A DNA stretch of 20,000 nucleotides from an uncultured virus (IMG/VR IMGVR_UViG_3300030372_003518) (taxonomy: Duplodnaviria > Heunggongvirae > Uroviricota > Caudoviricetes), in the IMG/VR virus record IMGVR_UViG_3300030372_003518; one strand, written 5' to 3'. The stretch's first letter is position 1. Each line of letters opens with the position of its first letter. Made by a program: the position numbers and the translations under genes. Positions 17,068-20,000 of this stretch are shown in pieces. The notes below the pieces were generated by a model. It was not told the origin of the DNA and searched no databases. It saw only the letters and a program-made list of their open reading frames with translations.

Positions 17068-18072
17068 TTAACTAAAACTTACTGTATCTGTTCCTGCTGT
17101 AAAACTGGTTACTTTATCCCCACCATCGGTAGCTGTTGAACTTGTTAATCCACTTCCTACTGAAATAGTAAAAGTATTAGGGTATCTTAATATTACTATT
17201 CCTGAACCTCCAGCTCCCCCTGTAGTAGGTGTACCTCCACCTCCAGCTCCCCCACCACCTCCAGTGTTAACTGTTGCTGCTGTTCCGCTTGAAGGTAACC
17301 CTTGTGTTGCACCGCTTCCTCCACCACCATCTCCTCCAGGGCTAACAGTAGAGTCGTTTCGTGAACCTCCACCACCTCCTGCGTATGTAACTGATGCTCC
17401 TGTAATTGAAACTGCTACTCCGTCTCCACCATGTCCCGCAGCGTCAGTGTTACCTGCTTCAGCTGCTCCACCACCACCACCACCAATAGCCGGTGAACTT
17501 GATAGGTTTCCAGGCCCTCCTCCGAATCCTTGATTTGCAGTTCCTGAACTTGTAGAGCTAGTGTTATATCCTGAACCTCCTCCTGAACCTCCAGCACTCC
17601 CCACTATAGCCGTGTCTCTTCCGTGTCCCCCTCCAGTAGAGGTGATGGTGGCAAACACAGAGTCAGACCCGTTTGTAATATAAGCTCCACCAGCTCCTAC
17701 AGTTACGGTGTAGTTAGTTGATAAAGCTAAAGTTAAACTAGATTCTGCGCTTGCTCCTCCTCCAGAAGTTGACCCATAAGATGTTCTGAGCCCTCCAGCT
17801 CCTCCTCCACCTCCTATAGAATTATCACAACCTCCTCCACCACCAGCTACCACTAAATAATCTACCGTAACACTTGGGTCAGCTGCGGTTGTTTCAGCAA
17901 ATCTCTTCCAGTCTGCGTTGTCTTTGTATTCTAATCTAGTATCGGTAGTATTTAAACGTAGGTCTCCGGTTGAGCCGGCAGGTCTTTGAGCTTTAGTTCC
18001 CTTAGCCCATACTAGACCTCCAGTGTTACCACTCATGTCAATTACGTTTGTAGTTACTTTATTTGTTGCCAT
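17068..18072 (-). CDS. Fibre/adhesin-like protein (334 aa): N-terminal module plus glycine-rich domain
   Basis: 'MATNKVT...KGTKAQRP...GDLRLNTT..RLEY.D..DW', then 'DYLVVAGGGGG...GGGGGAGGLRTSYG...GGSGIVILRY', homologous to the C-terminus of the 1017-aa protein. Confidence 0.75.
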   Translation of the reverse strand: MATNKVTTNVIDMSGNTGGLVWAKGTKAQRPAGSTGDLRLNTTDTRLEYKDNADWKRFAETTAADPSVTVDYLVVAGGGGGCDNSIGGGGGAGGLRTSYGSTSGGGASAESSLTLALSTNYTVTVGAGGAYITNGSDSVFATITSTGGGHGRDTAIVGSAGGSGGGSGYNTSSTSSGTANQGFGGGPGNLSSSPAIGGGGGGAAEAGNTDAAGHGGDGVAVSITGASVTYAGGGGGSRNDSTVSPGGDGGGGSGATQGLPSSGTAATVNTGGGGGAGGGGTPTTGGAGGSGIVILRYPNTFTISVGSGLTSSTATDGGDKVTSFTAGTDTVSFS

Positions 18073-18082
18073 GAGCTACCTG

Positions 18083-18742
18083 TTATTCTGTTATTACTAC
18101 TTCTATTCCATTTGCTGCGGTTGTAGGTGGTGCGGTTGCGAAACGCAATGTCGTTCCTGCAACAATACTATAATTAGCCACTCCACTTGAATCAAGTGAG
18201 TTTTGATATACACCGCTAATAAATATGTTAAGATTATCAGTTCCACTTGGAGTTACTGATAATGTAAAATCTACTGTTGTATTGTCTCCAGTAAACTGGT
18301 CTTTCGTCATAGTCACACCTGCGGCAGAAGCAATTGTGATTTCACTAGCAGAAGTTTGTGTTAAAGTTATTCCTGTCCCTTCTGTTAAACTAACTGATGA
18401 ATCAGAACCAGCGGAAGCATCCAGTTCTAAAGGAACACTACTTCCTGCTTTAGCTCCAGCTTGAAGGGTGTATGTGTCTCCGGCTGCTTCAAACGTTAGC
18501 TCACTCGCACTTGTTCTAGTAATTGTTATACCAGCTCCGTCAGTTAAAGTAATTGCATCATTAGTACCATCACTACCTGCTAGGTTAATATCTTTTGTTG
18601 CTGAAGGAACATCTATTGTATATGTTGTTCCGGTTATTAAAGAGGGAGCTATTTGAATATTATCTGAGCCTTTATATCCTACTAAATAAGATATGTCCGA
18701 TAAAGCTGCCCCCGTTGTAAATTGTGAAAATTTTACTGCCAT
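18083..18742 (-). CDS. Putative fibre linker/structural protein (219 aa) with two internal ~50-aa repeats
   Basis: N-terminal 'MAVKFSQF'. Repeats at aa 40-87 and 90-141 ('TYT...LT(D/E)G.GIT(I/L)T.TSASE(L/I)T'). C-terminal domain 'FTGDNTTVDFTL...IFISGVYQ...Y...GTTLRF.TAPP...IEV', a type common in aquatic phage structural proteins. Confidence 0.7.
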   Translation of the reverse strand: MAVKFSQFTTGAALSDISYLVGYKGSDNIQIAPSLITGTTYTIDVPSATKDINLAGSDGTNDAITLTDGAGITITRTSASELTFEAAGDTYTLQAGAKAGSSVPLELDASAGSDSSVSLTEGTGITLTQTSASEITIASAAGVTMTKDQFTGDNTTVDFTLSVTPSGTDNLNIFISGVYQNSLDSSGVANYSIVAGTTLRFATAPPTTAANGIEVVITE

Positions 18743-18754
18743 TTTATTTTTCTT

Positions 18755-18907
18755 TTACGGTGCTTGTTCTGTTATTAAATCTACACTAGTTGCTTCTGAC
18801 ACCATCTGAACTCCTAGCTCTGTTATTATATCTTCCCCTCCGTAAGGTGGAGTAATCCCTAATTCATTTATTCCTATAAAGTTCCCTATGGCAATTAAAT
18901 TCGGCAT
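18755..18907 (-). CDS. Small acidic adaptor-like peptide (50 aa)
   Basis: Not in ORF track; hand-translated as MPNLIAIGNFIGINELGITPPYGGEDIITELGVQMVSEATSVDLITEQAP*. Fills the gap between neighbours and carries three motifs DIITE/QMVSE/DLITE. Confidence 0.7.
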   Translation of the reverse strand: MPNLIAIGNFIGINELGITPPYGGEDIITELGVQMVSEATSVDLITEQAP

Positions 18908-18931
18908 GCTATAAACTTATTATTATTCCGA

Positions 18932-19402
18932 TTACCATAAAGCTATTATATTAGATGCAGACGTTCCTGTCGCCCACACTTTAGCTACTTGCACTGGGAA
19001 GAATGCTCCTGTGTTTATTCCAATAAAGGTAACCTCATCTCCAGCTACCGTAGTAACTTTTAAATTTCCTGCTGTTCCGATATATAAAACCGCTCCTTCT
19101 TGCTCTCCTCCATAAATTGCATAAGTTTTTCCTGAAACGGCAAATATATTGTTAGCGACATTTAAGGTATTATCATCCTCTATACCTGTTACAGTAGTTT
19201 GAGTACCGTCAGCAGTATTAACGATTATCATTCCTAGCTTAACTCCACTTGTTAAAAATGTAGCTCCCGTATCAATTAATTGAGTTGCGCTACCTGATGT
19301 AGTTGTCCCTGTTGGGCCTGCTGTTCCTATGTCGGGAATATCAGTATTGTCGCTTGTATATACTGACCATGCTCTTCCGGCTTGTAATTTTTGATATGCC
19401 AT
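18932..19402 (-). CDS. Head spike base protein-like (RcGTA Rcc01079 family) with an internal insertion (156 aa)
   Basis: 'AWSVYTSDNTDI' and C-terminal 'LYIGTAGNLKVTTVAGDEVTFIGINTGAFFPVQVAKVWATGTSASNIIALW' match my recalled family pattern 'A.AVTPSD..DL...ALYVG..G.L.V....G..VTF.....G..LP.RV.RV.ATGTTA..IVAL'. Not verified by search. Confidence 0.65.
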   Translation of the reverse strand: MAYQKLQAGRAWSVYTSDNTDIPDIGTAGPTGTTTSGSATQLIDTGATFLTSGVKLGMIIVNTADGTQTTVTGIEDDNTLNVANNIFAVSGKTYAIYGGEQEGAVLYIGTAGNLKVTTVAGDEVTFIGINTGAFFPVQVAKVWATGTSASNIIALW

Positions 19403-19407
19403 TTCTT

Positions 19408-19563
19408 TTATCTTTTATACGGAAACATTCTATTGAGGGAATCTCGCCTCTCATTGCATCCGCAATCCTTATTAAATTTATTTGATACTATGTCTACTGC
19501 TTTTTTGATTCCAGTAAACGTAGTAAACTTTTCTATATCGTCTCCTAATCCTTTTGACTTCAT
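19408..19563 (-). CDS. Small protein with GLGD...DCGC...LN motif (51 aa)
   Basis: Not in ORF track; hand-translated as MKSKGLGDDIEKFTTFTGIKKAVDIVSNKFNKDCGCNERRDSLNRMFPYKR*. The motif pattern is recurrent in small aquatic-phage proteins; ATGA overlap upstream. Confidence 0.8.
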   Translation of the reverse strand: MKSKGLGDDIEKFTTFTGIKKAVDIVSNKFNKDCGCNERRDSLNRMFPYKR

Positions 19564-19727
19564 TTTTTACAAGTACAAATACTTTGAGGATTACTACAAT
19601 CTTTCATTGTAAATGTGATAGCGTATAAAATTTTATTCCACCAGCACATACAATTTCTTTTAACTTTTCCAAACCATCTCGCTATTGCATGAGATGTGTT
19701 AATTAACCATGCTCCTAGTTTTTTCAT
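19560..19727 (-). CDS. Small basic Cys/Trp-rich protein (55 aa)
   Basis: Not in ORF track; hand-translated as MKKLGAWLINTSHAIARWFGKVKRNCMCWWNKILYAITFTMKDCSNPQSICTCKK*. Tiles between neighbours with an ATGA overlap. Confidence 0.6.
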   Translation of the reverse strand: MKKLGAWLINTSHAIARWFGKVKRNCMCWWNKILYAITFTMKDCSNPQSICTCKK

Positions 19728-19733
19728 TTTGTA

Positions 19734-19943
19734 TTATTTTTTACTGCATCCGAAATTATTAGCGTAGTTCGCCATCTTAACAACTGAATCAGAATACTTA
19801 TCAGTATTTCTCATAATAGCAGAAGCTGCGCCACAAGTAGATTTACCAGGCATATTTCTTTTTACCCAGTTAGTAAACTTCCCCTCGTTTTTTTTCTTAA
19901 TTTCAGGAAATGCACTTTTTTTAGTTCTACCTTTTGTTGCCAT
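19734..19943 (-). CDS. Small basic hypothetical protein (69 aa)
   Basis: ORF track. Lys-rich, with 'IKKKNEGKFT...KMANYANNF'; TAATG overlap with the upstream ORF. Confidence 0.7.
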   Translation of the reverse strand: MATKGRTKKSAFPEIKKKNEGKFTNWVKRNMPGKSTCGAASAIMRNTDKYSDSVVKMANYANNFGCSKK

Positions 19944-20000
19944 TACTTTTTAATTAACTTGCTTACGTGGTCGTGAACACTTGCTTTTTCACCATGAGAT
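19943..20000 (-). CDS. 3' end of an upstream ORF (partial)
   Basis: Open frame ...SHGEKASVHDHVSKLIKK* whose TAA overlaps ATG 19943 (TAATG). Confidence 0.45.
   Translation of the reverse strand, partial: SHGEKASVHDHVSKLIKK

Noticed and set aside
11931..18072. Diversity-generating retroelement or invertase shufflon acting on the fibre genes
   Set aside because: No reverse transcriptase or recombinase in the window, no ~100-nt repeat pair differing only at adenines, and no inverted cassettes. Such elements could lie outside the window.
19141..19148. Additional TAnnTTTG match (TATATTTG, minus strand)
   Set aside because: Intragenic, over 200 nt from the next start, and lacks the CTTTG core shared by the five positioned motifs; likely chance in AT-rich DNA.
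10528..19612. Remaining plus-strand ORFs (10528, 16284, 17264, 18225, 18468, 19303, 19391) and alternative-frame minus ORFs (12053, 15217, 17415)
   Set aside because: They overlap better-supported minus-strand genes. The Pro-rich or Val/Glu-rich translations are artefacts of Gly codon runs.
1..20000. Stop-codon reassignment as seen in some crAss-like phages
   Set aside because: Long genes are intact in code 11, and TAA, TAG (portal) and TGA (terL, GroES-like) all end genes at sensible boundaries.
1..20000. CRISPR array, tRNA or other structured ncRNA
   Set aside because: After adding the small ORFs, all intergenic gaps are under ~90 nt and explained by promoters or terminators. No repeat-spacer pattern or cloverleaf seen.

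Overview
This 20 kb window is a densely coding, AT-rich fragment of a tailed dsDNA bacteriophage. All credible genes lie on the minus strand and read in the standard genetic code. In transcription order (right to left) it holds: a cluster of small basic/Cys-containing ORFs; a putative virion appendage (fibre) cluster; a lysis cassette (small holin-like ORF, M15 peptidase endolysin, 3TM/GTA-type holin); a GroES-like protein; probable TerS; TerL; portal; scaffold-like protein; major capsid protein; and downstream virion genes. The appendage cluster comprises an RcGTA Rcc01079-like spike-base protein, a 50-aa adaptor-like peptide, a 219-aa linker, three paralogous fibre proteins sharing an N-terminal 'MATxK..GT...RP' module, and two 'MAH(F/Y)A' partner proteins. 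Five TAnnTTTG motifs just upstream of genes, plus AT-rich leaders without Shine-Dalgarno sites, point to a Bacteroidota (probably Flavobacteriia) host. The large TerL/portal/MCP sizes and gene order resemble crAss-like and other Bacteroidota podovirus-type phages (inference, no search run). I translated eight ORFs missing from the supplied track by hand. The most notable hypotheses are a modular, possibly branched capsid-vertex adhesin built on a spike-base protein, a Gly-rich-domain/MAH-protein pairing rule, a tandem two-domain (Cpn20-like) GroES, and a TerL that lacks an ATG start and is nested in the +1 frame of the TerS tail.
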